Below are positions 1-15,299 of a DNA stretch of 64,000 bases, piece after piece (the first letter of the stretch is position 1; every line of letters starts with the position of its first letter). Origin of the DNA: Phoronis australis (lineage: Eukaryota > Animalia > Phoronida); NCBI GenBank assembly GCA_002633005.1, contig NMRA01001000.1, forward strand, positions 1-64,000, read 5' to 3'. The notes beneath the pieces were generated by a model, which ran no database searches, was not told the origin of the DNA, and saw only the letters and a program-made list of their open reading frames with translations. The translations under genes were made by a program, and so were the position numbers.

Positions 1-3000
1 CAAATCCCATGATGCTAACAAGTCGCTCGATGTACTAACCTACTTGCAGCATACAGCACTGCTCAGTTGAATCACCAGTGACAACACACTATATTCCTTG
101 AATTTCTCCGCCCCAAGTTGAAACGGGTACTGAATGCGCCCATTAGTAGCAAAAATGACAGCGTTGATGAAACATGCGACAAGGTGGTTGAAAGGGTAAT
201 ATACAAGCACTGAACGTCAAATAATGATTTAAGCATCAGTACGTATGACCAAGGAATACAATCGAATCAGCATTCACAAGCCCAAACTATAATATAGCAG
301 TATCCACGTACGATGAATTGAACAGAGAAAACAATTACTTTGGCACGATGTTAGGTCGTCAAAACAATGCAGCGTACATGTAATAACTGAACTAGGCACC
401 CAAAGCGCAGGTTTGAGACATTTTCATTTACATAATCACTAAAAGTAATTAAAAGTAACTAAAAGCAAGTGCGCTTACATGAACAGCAACGGGGAGAGAA
501 GAGCATGCCAGACGGGACTTCAGTTCCTACGTCGGGGGGTTTGGAGGACCTCCGGCCAAAAAATTCATCGTGTCACTCCAATAACGTGAACTACGTTTCA
601 TTCCAGTGATAGTCTCAGTGTTACAGTTTGTGCACTCCAAAGGCAAATTAAGAACTCATTGTTTACGGTTGTCACGCAGTGACTTGAAATCATGAGCGGC
701 ACCTTGTACTGGGGCCAACACTGTACAAAGGCATTGACATCAAACCGTTTTACCTCGGCACTGATCTCAGAGATCGAGCCCGAGTTTTCTACAAAACTTT
801 CTTCTTCATCAAAAATGCTCATCAGACATAACTATTCTTTGGATGTGTTATCGAAGCTACCATAAGGACTGAACGTTGTGTGATTCATAAATAATGGACT
901 TCCAAGTTCCTCAAACTACCACCCTTGTAGTGGCGGTCAGTGGTATGCTATATAGTGTTTTTTATTTTTTATCTCACATTTGTATTAGTTTTAATTTGCT
1001 ATCATCAGCTTTCCAGACCAATTTGTAATCCAATCTACTTCCCGCGTGATTAATCGACGGTGCCTGATTTATAAGCATCGTCCCTCCACCAGAGAAAACT
1101 GACCTTCTGAAAAGGGACCCATATCATCAAGAATAAAAGTCAATTAATTTCATCATCGAGTGACCCACAAAAAAATTGTTCGATTGTTCTCGAAAAATGG
1201 AGGCAATTGATTCCCCCATAGGATCCCTCCATGCATTAGTGACCCCCTAGAAGGAAAATACGCAATTCAAAAACAAGAACACATCAAGAGTGGTCATGGA
1301 CGCCATCGATGGGTCCTTTCCAAGTCCTGGGCCTTCCTACATGAAGGGTATATATGCTTTCAAAAATAAGACTAAAATGAGTAACTAAGTTTTGGCAGCC
1401 ACTGCCGATAGGCGGCGACACTCCAAACATACTCGTTGGTTCCCTGCGTGCCATTAGTGGTAGCCAGTATGCTGACTTGGCTAAGCACAACCAGCGAGCC
1501 AAACATACAGCGAAACGTGTAGAAGGGAGAAATTTCAAGATTTTAATGTTAGGGAGAAACTTTGTCAGCGATATCCAGCATCATAGTATCTTTTTAGAGA
1601 ATCAAAAACTTCGTTACTCAAGAGATCCGTCGACCTCTGGTAAGGGATGACATAACAAACTGTCGCTCGCTTTTCCATTATTTAAATATTTCCTTTTAAT
1701 GCGTTCCATGATGAAAGGGGCCCTGGTAATAATAACAACGATAAATTTTCTAAGTTTATGGACTCCCTAAAACATGGTAATCAAAAGCATCGCAGCATCA
1801 ATTCAGGCACATTGCTCAAACTGATGAGTGTACTAGTAAAACACGAAGAGCCATAGTATAGTTTGAAGAACTTGAAGGCCATTTTGTAAATTATCTAAAA
1901 AATCCCGACAGTTTTATACATAAGAATATCGACGATTTCGTCTAAAAAAATCTTAGAACGCTAGGTATTCTCACCGGGATTCAAATTGGGCCGCGTTGAA
2001 GCGACAAATGATGTCATTTGAAACGTTGAGCTACAGATTCAGTGCAAAATAACCACTCGACATTTTACGGGTTGACAGAAACCACTTCAAGTTACTGAAT
2101 AGTCTCGATTTATATGACAACCAATGAAAAATTAAATATGGTGGCTCAAAAGTTGTTCGGTGGTGATTAAATTAGAGCGCGGGAATTCAAATTTGAGCGT
2201 GGTGACCCAAAAAGCCGAGTTAGAGTGCACTGATATTTATTTTGAGATCACTTGGTTATTTAGGCAATCCATAGTTTATGGTGAAAAAGTGTTTGTTCGC
2301 AAAACTCGCTGTGCACCAAATTCGTGGGAGTGCGTCAGTTAAACGAATTATCAATACATTTTACGGTTTTCAAGATATTTACTATCGTTAAAGGCAATCG
2401 CCTGGTGGCGACATGGTACCGAAAACAACAATCGTGGGGAAAAAACACTGACGACCTCTGGGAAGCAGGGTTTGATGCGAAGTAGAGTTTAACCCGCCAA
2501 TAACATTTTGTCTTCTGGGCCCGAAACTGTATAATGCAGAACCGGGTTTTTATTTTTTCTCGGATACACCGGCAACATCCATGTAGATCAACTCGCCGGC
2601 TACGTTTTGAACATGTGTAAGCGCATACTTATGACGTATGAGCTTGACCTTTCGATCCCAAATTTATATTTGCTCTGCTTCATATTCATAAAATCTGTTC
2701 AACCAAAATTCTTCCTAAGGGAATGCCATCGGCATTCTTCACACAAATCCAATTATCAGCGTTAACATATCGCAGTGTATTTACATGTATGAATTTACAC
2801 ATGATGACCAATTGAACAAAACTCTTCAACACTACCGCGGTACCTTTACGACCATCATGAACAAATACAGAAAAATTAAGTCAAACACTGTAATTTGCCT
2901 ACTTGAGTTAGCGACGTTGCGTCCGTCTCTCACGGACTTCAGCTTGGCTAGTGATGTTTATATCGTTTTGGCCAATAGGTGACGTTTTTTAAAAACAGTC

Positions 3001-3511
3001 GACGTGGTATCGAGGTGATGCAATGGGGAAACCAAGCGTGGCCTTTTCGCGATCCAGACACGACCCGTAAGTGTGACAGTTGGTTCATTCCTATAAATCT
3101 GAAAGTTTAGAACATTTATTTTGGGGTTGTTTTTTGTTAAGCCTTTTTGTAAAAGAATAGCTGAATATTATATTCACGCAAAAATGTCGATATATCGATA
3201 GATTTTCAGACTGTTATATTTGGTCGGTAAAATTGGAAAGCGAATGAAATGTTGAATCTTATTATCATTCTTTTGGCCAAAACGCATTCGTACTGTAGAG
3301 AGCTGAAAGTGGATCCTCATCTATAACACTTTTCAAAAACGAATTAGAAATTTAGTTCACATCCAAAAGATAAAATTTTTGAAAAAATGATTAGGAGACA
3401 TAGGCCTATTTCTCCAAAGATGGTCTGTTTTTTCCTCTTTAAAAAGAAGTTTCAGATGAGAAAATACGTTTGGTGTTTTTGGTTTGTGAAATTGAGTTCT
3501 CGGTTAAATGN

Positions 3512-3546
<35 letters not shown>

Positions 3547-3572
3547 TGTGTGTGTCTGTGTGTGTCTGTGTG
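3512..3572. repeat. (GT)n microsatellite next to a single-N contig join
   Basis: Run of GT dinucleotides with GTCT interruptions directly after the N at 3511. Confidence 0.95.
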
Positions 3573-3641
3573 AGGTGTCATTGGGGATTTCTGTCTTTGT
3601 ACTGTGTTATTATTATTCAATAAATGTTAAAAAGTGTGTCG

Positions 3642-3799
3642 GACAGTTAGAACCTTTATCCACGTTATTTATTCAGGGAGGGGCGCTCGATGCGTTCGTG
3701 GAGAGATTCTTTTGGCACCTCTGCTGAACCAAAGAGCTCTCCACGAACGCATAAAGCACTCTTCTATGAATAAACAAGGTTAATAAAGTTCCTACTGTC
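3642..3799. mobile_element. ~160-bp imperfect palindrome (MITE-like hairpin)
   Basis: Arms gacagttagaacctttat...ataaagttcctactgtc and atgcgttcgtggagag...ctctccacgaacgcat are reverse complements. Confidence 0.7.
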
Positions 3800-6540
3800 T
3801 CACTTAGTGTCTTTACTCGATGCTGCGTCATCTGAGTAAATCGCCACCTATTGACCAGAGCGATAATAATACACCATCTAAGTTGAAGTCCGTGGGAGAC
3901 GGACGCAACGTTGCTAACGCAAGTAAGCAAATTCCAGTATTTGTTTAATTTTTTTCTGTATTTTGTTACATCAACTGGATGTCTCTAAACTTTCATGCTT
4001 TGATCATCATGAATATTACAGGTAATACAAAACTTGTGAATTAAAAAACATACCCAGCGGCTGAAATCAAAGCATAAAACGCGATGTCTGTTTCCACGAA
4101 GGCCTTCGTCGTTATTCGATCGGATCGCAGTACGTACAGTATAAATAGACTCACGATTAATCAAACGATAACTACGACTAAAAAACTTGGCTTCGGCCTG
4201 ACACCTCGTGTTCTTCTACGTGCTCGTGTATAACGGGCTACGGGTTTTCGCCCGCTTTTACATGATTGCAGAGATTGAGTGCATGCCTTTCATTCCCCGT
4301 TTGGTTCGTTAGAAGACAGTCCCGTTCTGGTACAGTGGAGTCACCTTACTGCCATACCGCATACCCGTAAAAACGCAGATATTGTCATTGAAAAATGAGC
4401 AAAATTTGATTCTCACCTAGTTATTATGACATGCACCTTCGCTCTACTATCTGAAAACCAACTTCATTCCTTATGCAAAATTCCTGTGTTCATTTGCATT
4501 ATCGGTAAAAAAAATAGCGAATTCCTTTCTCATTCTCATTGAGATTAAAGAAAAATGATGATTTCGAACTACGCGAAGTATCACGTGACTAATTTAATAA
4601 TGAATGAGAACTCGATATATATAAGTTGTCCGCAATATTTGTACAGGAACGCGTCTACCAGTCCATAACTATCATCTTGCCCTAAGTTGAGTTCCGTATA
4701 CACAAGAATCTCGCTAGTAAAGCTAATGCGGTTACGTTCTTCGCTTGCAGTTTATGGTGATATCTCGTGAAGTCGTGGGTGGTCTTGCGTTTTTGCGAGG
4801 TTCCCTCGTCCACGGAACGCTACCCGGCCTGCTCTACGAAGCAACGATAGTCTCTAAGACGGAACCGCTTCATGGAGTATCCCGCTTCTCATAATTTACG
4901 TCGAAACCGAGGGTATGACATTAAGCGGCTACATTGTACATCTTACCGGAATTTTCCTTGGGCATTTATTCTGCATACTTTTCCGAATAAACTCCCATGG
5001 GCGTTTCATCGGGTGGGCTTATCTACAGAAAATCCCGGTACCAAAAAAATTCGACATCGTAAACCTTTTGAATGTACCTTGAACTTAGCAAATAGGAAGA
5101 AAAGAAAGACAGTCCTATCGGTCCTAATTGATATCCCAAAAGCTAATTTACGCGGTCAAACAAATTACATCATATAAGACTGACTACGACAATACAACAA
5201 TAAAATATGCCTACAGGCTGAAATTAATCCAGTATGTACTGAAAAGAGTATTTGGCTTTTCAAACTTCTTTCTCTTTCAAATTAGGTCAGTAGTTAATAT
5301 GTAGAGACTAGTTCCACTGGATGTCTGTAACATAGCTCTTTGAAACCACCATGACAGTCACTAGATACGGTTCACATGAAGCGCCTCCCAGAGGTAGACT
5401 AGTTTGCGTGCGTCCCAGTTATTATAAATGGCCACCATCCGAGTCTTTCAGACCGTGCATTTCATCCGTCCATATCGTCATGCACGAGAGGATAATATAA
5501 CTGTCGCTGAAAAAGTGAACGCTTGAATTTGGAAGTCATTGAAAGAATGACTGTCGTATTATGTGTGGTATGAGTTCATTTTGGCATAGTTAACGGTAAA
5601 CATATAAGCGTGTCGTGATCATGTTTAATAGTTGATTGTGCCGACTACTTAGTTTTGACTTATCAACGTTCGTGTGAATCTTACAGGATTTCTCGCCAAC
5701 TCCAAATCACAATTTCCCCCAAACTCAACATCTCATTGGTGTGTTTCATGAATTTTGATGATAAACACCGCCACCAGATTAGGCGGACGACGTGGTGCGA
5801 CTCAGTGACATGAGTAACGTGTTCTACCACTCCATAGATTGCATTATCCACGCGTGCATTTCAACACGTATGAACGACTGAAAGACACGCGTTCACAAAA
5901 GAACACTATAGCGTTCCGTAAATTCTTGAGTATGCGTGTTGCCTCCGTCAGGTATACAGACGTGTTAATGGTGTGAGTTTGACCGGTCGGAGACACTTTA
6001 GTTTTCCTGTTCTCCAGAAAAAAATCCTCGACAAAGTCTTTAAAAGACTACTCCCACTCCTCTGGCTTGTTTCAGGAAGACTAACATACATTCTCGTAGA
6101 CACGCGTGACAGTATTTGTCGTTGTTGGGGTATTGGTAGACGGCTGTGTCACAGCGCCGCGCACACTCCTTACGGCAAGTCAGGAAGGCACGAATTTTTC
6201 CTAAAATCAAAAGGAGAAATTTTTCAGTACCATAACAACTAGTGAACAACAAAATCGTTATTTAGTGTGTCTTAAGCACACCAAATGCAGTTGGTTAATT
6301 TCCAACTGTAACTGGAAAACATCCATTTCACTACTTAATTAAAATCAAAAGCACTCCCACAGTAATATCTGGACCAGTGTCTGTGAAGTTGAAACTATGA
6401 TTCGTGAATTTCGCTTTGGACTAAAATGAGAGCCTGGGCTGGGTAAGTTTGATTGTTGCATGACGTCAGGCGCATTTTTCAACGTGACTCGTGATACTGC
6501 GACGTCAGTGTTGGTATACGACGTATGACTTTTACGCAAG

Positions 6541-6768
6541 TGGGCCCTGCCGGTCATAGCTAAGTGCTTTGTGCGATATGACTAAGGCGGTCGTATCTTG
6601 AATATCTTTAGGCAAACAATTCATCACGCTGATTTATGGGAATTATGATCACATGCATATGGAACGTTTAGCTCTTACAGAAAATACTAAGCCGCCTTCG
6701 GAATTACATACGTGCCAAAGACCGTCTTAGCAACGACTACCAATACGACATTTGTTGAAACGGGCCCC
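6541..6768. mobile_element. Diverged palindromic MITE-like element
   Basis: GGGCCC termini with partially complementary arms (gtcatagctaag/cttagcaacgac, aaggcggtc/agccgcctt). Confidence 0.35.
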
Positions 6769-7777
6769 CAAAGTGCTCGGTTGCATGAAACAGCTCGAAA
6801 ATAGAGATTCAAATTGGTTACCGAAATCTTTTGCATAATTGTGTTGGTCTTTCTTTCAGATTTAATCCTTTGCTGTCAATTTGTAGTTTATGAGGTACTC
6901 TTAAACTAACGACATTCTCTGATATCTAAAAACTGAACCCTTAGTTGAACGAAAATCAATAGGTATTTAATCTTTAAATTAGGCGCGTTGCATGAAAAGA
7001 TCCCTACTTATTTTCAATAATATTGACAATTCAACGTACATGTAGAGTAGATCTCACTCTCGATTTGTATCTGGGATCTATTCTGAATCTTAGCTAGTTT
7101 GTATCAAAGCCAAAATTGACCTTACCAGCAATGAATCTAAAACACCATAAGACAGGACAATCGGTGTTTTCGCAAGTACGCAGTAGTTTTTCGGGACCTT
7201 CATTGAGCCTCTATATTATTTGGAAGCGTTTCTTGCAACCGGACCCAGAAGCCCAAAATGCCCATAAAAATATGAGGTTTATTCAGCTTGTTGATAAAAC
7301 GTCACAAGTCTGTTTTGGTGTAACATTGAAACCGTCATAGTAACGTAATCGGAGCCATTTAAGCATTTTAAAGTGTTCAAGGAAAATTTGGCCTTAGCAA
7401 TGTTGAAAGTGCATTTTGGGCGTTATTGTTGAGTACATGATTTTGATTTACATGCATAACGTACGCGCGCAAAATTTCAATTATTGTGGATGCGTGTAAT
7501 AGTTTTTACTGACGCACGTAATTTTCGTATCCTACGTAACATTCACCGTTTGACCACCAAAAGTTCAGCATCCCACTTCGCTTTTCTTAGATTTTGTCCA
7601 TTGGCTTTCCTGTTGTTCGAACCACTCTCATGGTAATCGTCTTTCTTGCACGGTGATTCAGTCAGCAACACTCGTCTGTCTCGGCACGTACATTTTCTGA
7701 TACTATCATTAACGGACGACTTCTCCTTCTCATGTGGAAAAATTTTAGTACAGTACTCTGTTCTTTGCTTCGCATTT

Positions 7778-8183
7778 CAGGGCCCGGACTCTTTGTACTC
7801 GAAACGAACTCGAAACGAACTCGAAACTAGCAATTCCTCTGCTACTTTTGTGCGATTTCAAGATAAGTGGTTATTAGACGGTGCTCGAATACATTATAGT
7901 TTACGCATACGAGTTTCTAGTCCAAGTTTGCACTTGATGACCCTTTTATTCGTGGTACAAACTCGAGTAAACTTGAAATTTTTAGTTCAAACTTGGACCT
8001 TTGCCCTTACGCCGGGTTTATCAACTGCAAACTTAAAGGACTAAAAATTATCCACGTAAGTCATTATGTACTCGAGCATAGAATAATAGACACTTATCTT
8101 GAGTTCTCACAAAAGTAGAGTAGAAAATGCCAAACATAATTTCGAGCTCCATTTCGAGTAAAAAGATTAGAATCCTGGCCCAG
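7778..8183. mobile_element. ~400-bp whole-length palindromic MITE
   Basis: Termini cagggcccggactct / agaatcctggcccag. Internal arms caagataagtg/cacttatcttg, tgctcgaataca/tgtactcgagca and aagtttgcacttgat/atcaactgcaaactt. Confidence 0.8.
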
Positions 8184-10079
8184 AATTCAGAATGGGTTCC
8201 ATATGCTGACCCCCTCTACGGACACGACCAAAAATGCCGTCGACATCCTGATTTTACGACCTACGCGAGTGTTTTCCTTCGAATATTGTGGTAATCCCCC
8301 TTACGATATCCTAGATTCACCAGTGAGTTAAAATGAAAGACATACCTGGGTACAATATTTCTAAATAATCGCGTTTTTTCGGCAATGGATTTAGTTGAGT
8401 ACAAACAGTTAAGTTCAAAGTCATTGGTTCGTCGGCCATGATTTTGGTGCTTCAACATAAATTAAAAATCAAAAAATGAAACTTTACAACAAAGTAAAGT
8501 TAATTGAAGCGCAATGATTGTCTTGAACAAATATGCGATCACAGATGGAATTCAAAAAGTAAGATTTATTTGTAGTCAGATTTTGGTCAAAATTAAACAT
8601 AAAATGTCGGCCTTAACCAAAGAACGCCCAAAATACGTTCTCGGCACATAAAACTGATTTAACTTAATCTCTTGTTCTGAAAATGTATGCTTACTTTGGT
8701 CTAGATGCCATTGAACGGATGTGATTTTCGAAGGCCACTCTATTACGCCGACTTATCTATGACGATTTGATGACACACGATATAATTGTAGTCATTGATC
8801 GATGTTTTGAAAGAGAGTGCGGAAATCTACAAAGTGTCCGATATCTGTGAATCAGATTGTATTTGATTTAATGCATGAATTAGGAACGAGATGGTGAAAT
8901 GTCAATATAAGAAACTACCCTTGAATCCATCTATGGTAGTGTAAAAAGGCAGACGAGAGAGTAGCAGACGAGAATGTGACAGACGCGAGTGTAGCTGTTT
9001 GTCGTGCTGCGACGTACATGTATCTTCAGCTGTAACTGATCATTTCTCAAGATTCCTTAAATTTTGATATTATTTTTACTAAGTGAAATTACTTCTTAAG
9101 TCCAAACAAAGAAAAAATAAGTTCTACCAAGCAACCAGCTGGGACTTTGGATGAATTAAGAAAAAACATATTTTTCAGGATTATTTTTGTGTGAGTTGAA
9201 CTTGTTTCATTTAGCTTTAATTCGTTAAATGCCAGTTTGCGCTTGATTGTCCAGATTCAGGCAAATTATTCAGATAATGGCGCAAGTTGAACAGTGAGTT
9301 CAAGCGGGCACCTCCCTCTGTTGTTCACAATTTCCACATTTTTGGAAAGGAATCTTGTGGATGGGAAAGGAATCGTCGGCTTTTATTAGCCCCGTCAGGA
9401 GCCTCGAAATTCACTTAGTGTAAAAACAAGACTTAGATTGACAACAGCCGTCAAGGACAGAGTAGAGAAGTAACAGTCACCACGCATTTCTCTAACTCTC
9501 CATCAACCTACCGGGGTCACTTCTGTTGCGTTTCTTGCCTTTGCCAAACCCGTCCGTCGAGGCAAATATCAGGCAAAAAATGAAAAGACTGACGATAGTC
9601 CACCTGCTGCAGACCATCTCAACAATTAGCTTGATCTGAAAAAGGCATTTCAGTGAGGATAGTCCAATTAACGATGACTGGCATACACGCTGAGATTGTG
9701 CTTACCAGAATTACTTAAATTTACATTGAAGAATTACTTAAAACAAAAAGTCTCTCGCAATACACTTGACGTGCATACAGTAGCAAGAGCGATATTATAG
9801 GTGTTCTAGAATGTTCTTGACCAACTGTATTATCATCGTGATCTAAGACATGACACGTTACAGTCTCCTCTTGTTTATTGCCATTAGCCATCGGCACTGA
9901 TTTTATGAGAAAATCGGAAAAAAAACGATTCAAACTCTTGTCACTCGCGTGATGTACGTCGCTAATCGATTAACTTAATTCCAGAATTCATCTTGTTATG
10001 CTTTTTTATGTTCGTGGAATTCACACAAGCGGCCGGGCCTCAGTGGTGCGCACGACTACTTACTATGCATGTACAATAA

Positions 10080-10923
10080 GGTAGACAATCTTCCTCTCTC
10101 ACGGACCGGTGCAGGAGCGTTCTCAACAACGCCCTTTTCTCACGAACGCAATTTTTTTTCTTACCAGCTGTAGTTCTGTTCGCATTAACCGCAGTTTAGT
10201 TCCTACAAACTCAGTTATTTTCTCATCAACCTCGTTTCGTTTCACCGCCGACATACAGGAGGTACGAGTTGCACGTTCTGGCATTATGTTCGCCAGTGGC
10301 AGATCTAGGATACCATGAGGGGAGCTCAACATGTTGCCTCGGGAATTGGGCAAAGAGCAGGCGGTCCGAAAGTTGCGGGGGCCGGGGATATGGACCTTCT
10401 GTTCAGTAAATCTATCGGTGGACTAAGAAAAAAAAAAGGGAACACGATTCCTTCGCGATCTGGGGTCTGAGCCCCCCCTCATCCGCTTCCGTTCCTTATT
10501 ACTGAACACAATATTTCTATTACCTCACGCTGCCCCTCCCCTCCCCTATAAGTCCGCCTATGGTTCGCGCATGGCACAATGTGTCAAATCTCTGCACTAT
10601 CACTGGAAAAATTTGCAATTCGTGAGAAAGATTCAGGGGTATCACAGAATCATACGCACGAACATCGCATCATACGCCCTAACCACATTCGAACCCACGA
10701 AACTATGGGTTCCGTGCATGATTCATACGGTAGGCGGTTCGTGCGTAAGATGCGATGTTCGTGCGTATGATTCTATGGTAACCCTGAGATTGTATTCGTA
10801 AGAACAGAATTGCGGCACATGAGAAACGAACTGCTGCTCGCGAGAAAAGAAGTGTAATCGTGAGAAGAGAACGCAGTTAACTTGAAAGCCCTCGCGGTTC
10901 GTGAAGTAGGAGGATTGTCTACC
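10080..10923. mobile_element. Old non-autonomous DNA transposon with long diverged TIRs, carrying a nested GC-rich MITE (~10355-10562)
   Basis: ggtagacaatcttcct at 10080 versus aggaggattgtctacc ending 10923, with patchy complementarity over ~130 bp. The inner element ends gtccgcctatg. Confidence 0.6.
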
Positions 10924-13900
10924 ACTGAATAGCCTGTCCGCATGTATTGATAAAATTCCTTAGTTTTATGAGAGATTCGGGCACGTTTTTGTAAACTATA
11001 CCATTTTATGTAACAGTATAACACCCACCTGACACGAATGTACAATACACAGTCACAAGATGCAAGAGTTGACTGCTACTACTCGACAATCGCCTGTGTC
11101 AACGACTTGTATGAAGTATTTGTTGAAGTCGCCACGACCCATTTCATATAACAATGTAAGCACGTTATTGTTTACAATATTTATAATGCCGTATACATTT
11201 AAAAGCGCCACACTAAACGAAATGAGCATTTTCTTTTGTTCGTCGACACCACGCCATAGGCATGTGTTTTCGGTTGGATCTGTCGGTCAGAAGCCGTATA
11301 TCTGGTGTCCATTGAGCTCGCGTACATGTATCTGGCCCCAGTACCTTACCCAGCCTTTTCTCTGTTCTCGTTGAGGTCGGGAAATTTTCAGTGCCACCGG
11401 TTCTCAATAAATACGTAATGCAGAAGGCTTTTTAAATGTTCGGTGACACAATACACTACATGTCTTGCAACAGAAAACTGAAAACAGGAAAATTAAAACC
11501 GACAGGCCAGTATCTGGCAGCAGTCGAAAGCCCGCTTCCCCCGGCCACAGCCGTCGGCTGACGGTCTGTGGCAACAGTCCAATGGCCCCAGGCGCCTGGT
11601 GTTGCGTTTTGGTTGAACATTTTTAACGTACGAAAGACGCCAGGAAACGATTTTCCCGCGCCGGAGATGTTTTTTTCACAAAGCTCGGACAAAAATGAAA
11701 TACCTGCTTTTTGGAAAAGGCGTGCAGTGTTCCCCTCCCGCTACCAAAATAACTGGCTCATCAAGCTTGTGCTGGACTCGCCTCAGGTGACAGATGATGT
11801 TCTTCGGTACCTACTATGACTGTCCTCGGCGCCGACAGGAACGTTCAGTTGGTTACTTTCACAGTAAATTATCCGCAGCGAACTGGCGAAGCTAAAGTGG
11901 CCAAGCTGTGTTTGTACGTCTTCTTTTCATAATTGGCATACTTGAATAAATTGACTCACGTGGAAGCACTTTTCGAGTTCCTATTTACACGATTGAGTAA
12001 TATCAAATGTCACACCTCTCAGTACACGCTTTGAGAAACGTTATTGAATTTAATGGGCAGATGAGCGTAAAAGAGTCCTTTCCAAGGAACTATTTTCTCA
12101 AGACACATTTGATCACCTCTCATCCTTTTCTAATCTGCGCGCGCCTACACATGTAGAGTCGTGAACAAAAACAGTATTATTTTTATTGGCAAGTGTGGCA
12201 GGTCAGCATTGTTCGCAATATTTATATCCAGCTTGAACGATTCCTTCTATTCAATATTCAACAGTGTGTACAAAGTGGAGTATGATTTAGCGCTATGGTG
12301 ACTTGCGAAGATAACGCAAAGTATTTTACCGTTTGAAACAGCTCGAGCGGCGAGTCCGGAGAGCATCAGAGTAAAACAAAGTTAGTAACTCGATTGACCT
12401 CAGGCACTCTCACGGTCTAGTTGCCTCTTGTTCCCTGAACGATAAAGAGAAAAACGATTATGTAAAATCGTAGAATGATAACACAAATAAAGTTAAATAG
12501 TATATTGGCCAATTCAGGCACCCTGCACAACTGCACCGCAAATGGGTGTTTACTTTGTATTAAAATGGCCACTAGATGTCGAACCCGTCAGAAACCACCC
12601 CAGTCATCGTCTCCCTAATAAAAACTCACTTGTTAGTAAATTCCATTAACAAAAGTCCGTTCAGAAACTAACGGTGATACAGCGACAAAAGTAAAAATAG
12701 AGTTGTCACTACGAAGCACAGCGGTATAGTCGAATCTGTCCGAAGCTGACATCTGTTGTCACCGACGTTCATAGGAATAGTATACTATTAGCTATGATAA
12801 AATTAAAAATGATGATAAAAGTTTCTACAATTGTTCTTTGAAATGTAGCAGGGAGATGTCCGATTTCCTGTAATCTCGCACGATTCGTTACTTAATTAAC
12901 CGCAAATATTTTCACAAAGACATCTAAAAATGAATTTCTTTTAAAGATAAATCATGCTGGAGTTGACTTAATGCAAAATTATGCCAGTTTGACAATTTTT
13001 CTCAGCGGGAAAAAACAAAAAAGACTTATTTTCATCGAAAATATACATGCTCTATTAATTATGTTAATTACCGTCTTAAGTATCCTGAAAATAATTTTTT
13101 TTGCATTTAACTTATGTGTACAAGTTTTCAACATTAATTTGAATTTTAAAAAAAGCTTTCTGATAATCATATGAAACAGTAATGAAGCTGATATTACCTG
13201 TCGAGCAATTTCAAAAAATTTGACCTTATGAACTTTGACCTTGATTTGACCTTGACCTTAGCCTCAAATTTCGGACAACCGACCCCCATGAGATTCCGCG
13301 TGTATCAAAGTACCTGTGTGCCAAATTTGCTGCTTTAATCCGGGGTGTAAATGTTTTGGGGTTTTTGGCTGCTAAAGGATAGGACTATTAGGAGATACAT
13401 CTGCCAAGACAAAAACAACGACGTTGCCACTAGGAGGTGCCGCAGCATTCGGACCCGTCCCGCAATTAACAACAGTTGTACTGTTGTAGGTAAGAAAATA
13501 TCTGTCAATTTTTCCAAAGAGTCATGGAACGCGAGAGCTTGTCAAAATTGCCTTTCAAACAACTTCTGACGGAAGTACCATCTCGCAACCTCTACAACAG
13601 AGTTATTCCCTTTCCCCAATGAGGGAATTTCCAGGAAAATCACAGAATTCTCAATTTTTTAACTACGTGCGAAGAAAAAAATTCTGTAGTCACCGGAGTT
13701 TCTAGTCTCTCTCCAACTTATGATAAATCGCGCACGCGCTCAGTCATTTAACAAGCAGCTAACTGGCAATTGCAAGATGAATATCAACGTCAGAATATCA
13801 TGTGTAATCGCACTCCGAATCTTAGTAAGTCGACAGTACACAGTATGAGGCTAGTCAAAAAAGCAAGAAATTTTCCAAAAATAATTCCAAGTGGAGTTTA

Positions 13901-15299
13901 GAATACATTTGAATACTACGATACCTCTGTAACTAATTTTAACCAGCAAGGACTCACATCAATTGGCTCTTCATTAGTAATCGGACTGGCTGCTGCTTGA
14001 AGTTGCCATTGTTTTTCATCAATGGTCAAAGATCGCATTTTCTAAATAAGGGAAATGTGCTACGTCAATGGTTTGCCATACCAAATTAGGAGACAAGCTT
14101 TGCCTTGTGGTAGAAAAATTGACGAAGTGACGAGCAGTTGAGATATCGTTTATTGAAATTTGAAACTAGAAAGGGAAATTCGTTGGTTAACAAGAGAAGT
14201 TCAAAATCTTTACAAACAAACCGTAAAAATACCTAGTGTGCAGGTTCAATTCTGTTTCAGTGGCAGAGAACGACATAGAATAATTCTATTTATTCTCTTT
14301 TTTGCGTTCCAGGCCTCTTTTATCTGTTCAGCAGTTTTTTTTTGGATAGAGAGGTTTCCAAAATAATAAAAAGTTATCTAGATGGTGCGGACTGTTTATA
14401 GTCCGCCTGAAAATAATAGCGTTGCACTCTCTTTAATAGAACTTATTTGCCAAATTCCATGCAATTATGTCAAGGGACTGCGGAGATACAGAAGTAAGCG
14501 TAACAAATGCCACTAGGGGGCGCAGCTATGTTCAGAAAATCATCGTCATCGGTGTCACATTCGTATTGCAAGGGATTAAAGTGTTTAAAATCACCATGCA
14601 CGTTGTTTTGACAAGTGACTACATTGTCAGCATCATTAAACCTTCCTTTAGAGCTGTGCATGTCACAAAAATGAGTCCAATATCTCCAAAAACGAGAAAA
14701 TAGACTAAAAGAGACACAATTTCAGACTCAAAATGTCTCTAGAGGTGGCCACAGATGTCATACCCGCCCGAAAAGCAATGTCAGCCGTGGCATTCATTGC
14801 AAGAACATGTCTGCCAGTTTTCATAATGTTGCTTGGGGCGGTTTCCCGTATCGCTAGCAGCTAGAAAGACAAACGCCAAAGAGCCTGACTGGAAATAATG
14901 AAAATGACATATGTGTGGCACATAACACCCATTAATCCACCCTGAAATGCGAACTCGTCGTCGTCGTCTCCTTGAAAGAACATTTGGCAAATTTTATGGA
15001 AATTTGTCAAGGAACTGGAACTACAGAGGTACACTTAAAAAAACAAAAGCAAAAATGACTCTATGTGTCACAGCGATAGTTGGATCTGTCTGAAAGTCGA
15101 ACATTCACAGGAAACACTTGCATTTTTTCACGAAATGAAAGACTACAGCCTTGGAAGCAAAAAATAAACGCGAAATCGCCATCTAAGGGAGCGTCAGAGT
15201 AGCCGGGCTCGTCCGAAACTTGATGTCAGCCGTGAGTAGAAACTCATCTGCTAAAAATCACAATTACTCTTTGAGATATGCTAATAATTTATGTGATGA

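Noticed and set aside
598-12000. Numerous short ORFs of 60-130 aa
   Set aside because: No recognisable domains or consistent splice chains; several fall inside palindromic MITEs (e.g. 7646-8044, 10109-11045).
13218-13260. Clustered TGACCT nuclear-receptor half-sites
   Set aside because: Such (TGACCTT)n runs are common inside invertebrate interspersed repeats; there is no independent evidence of an enhancer.
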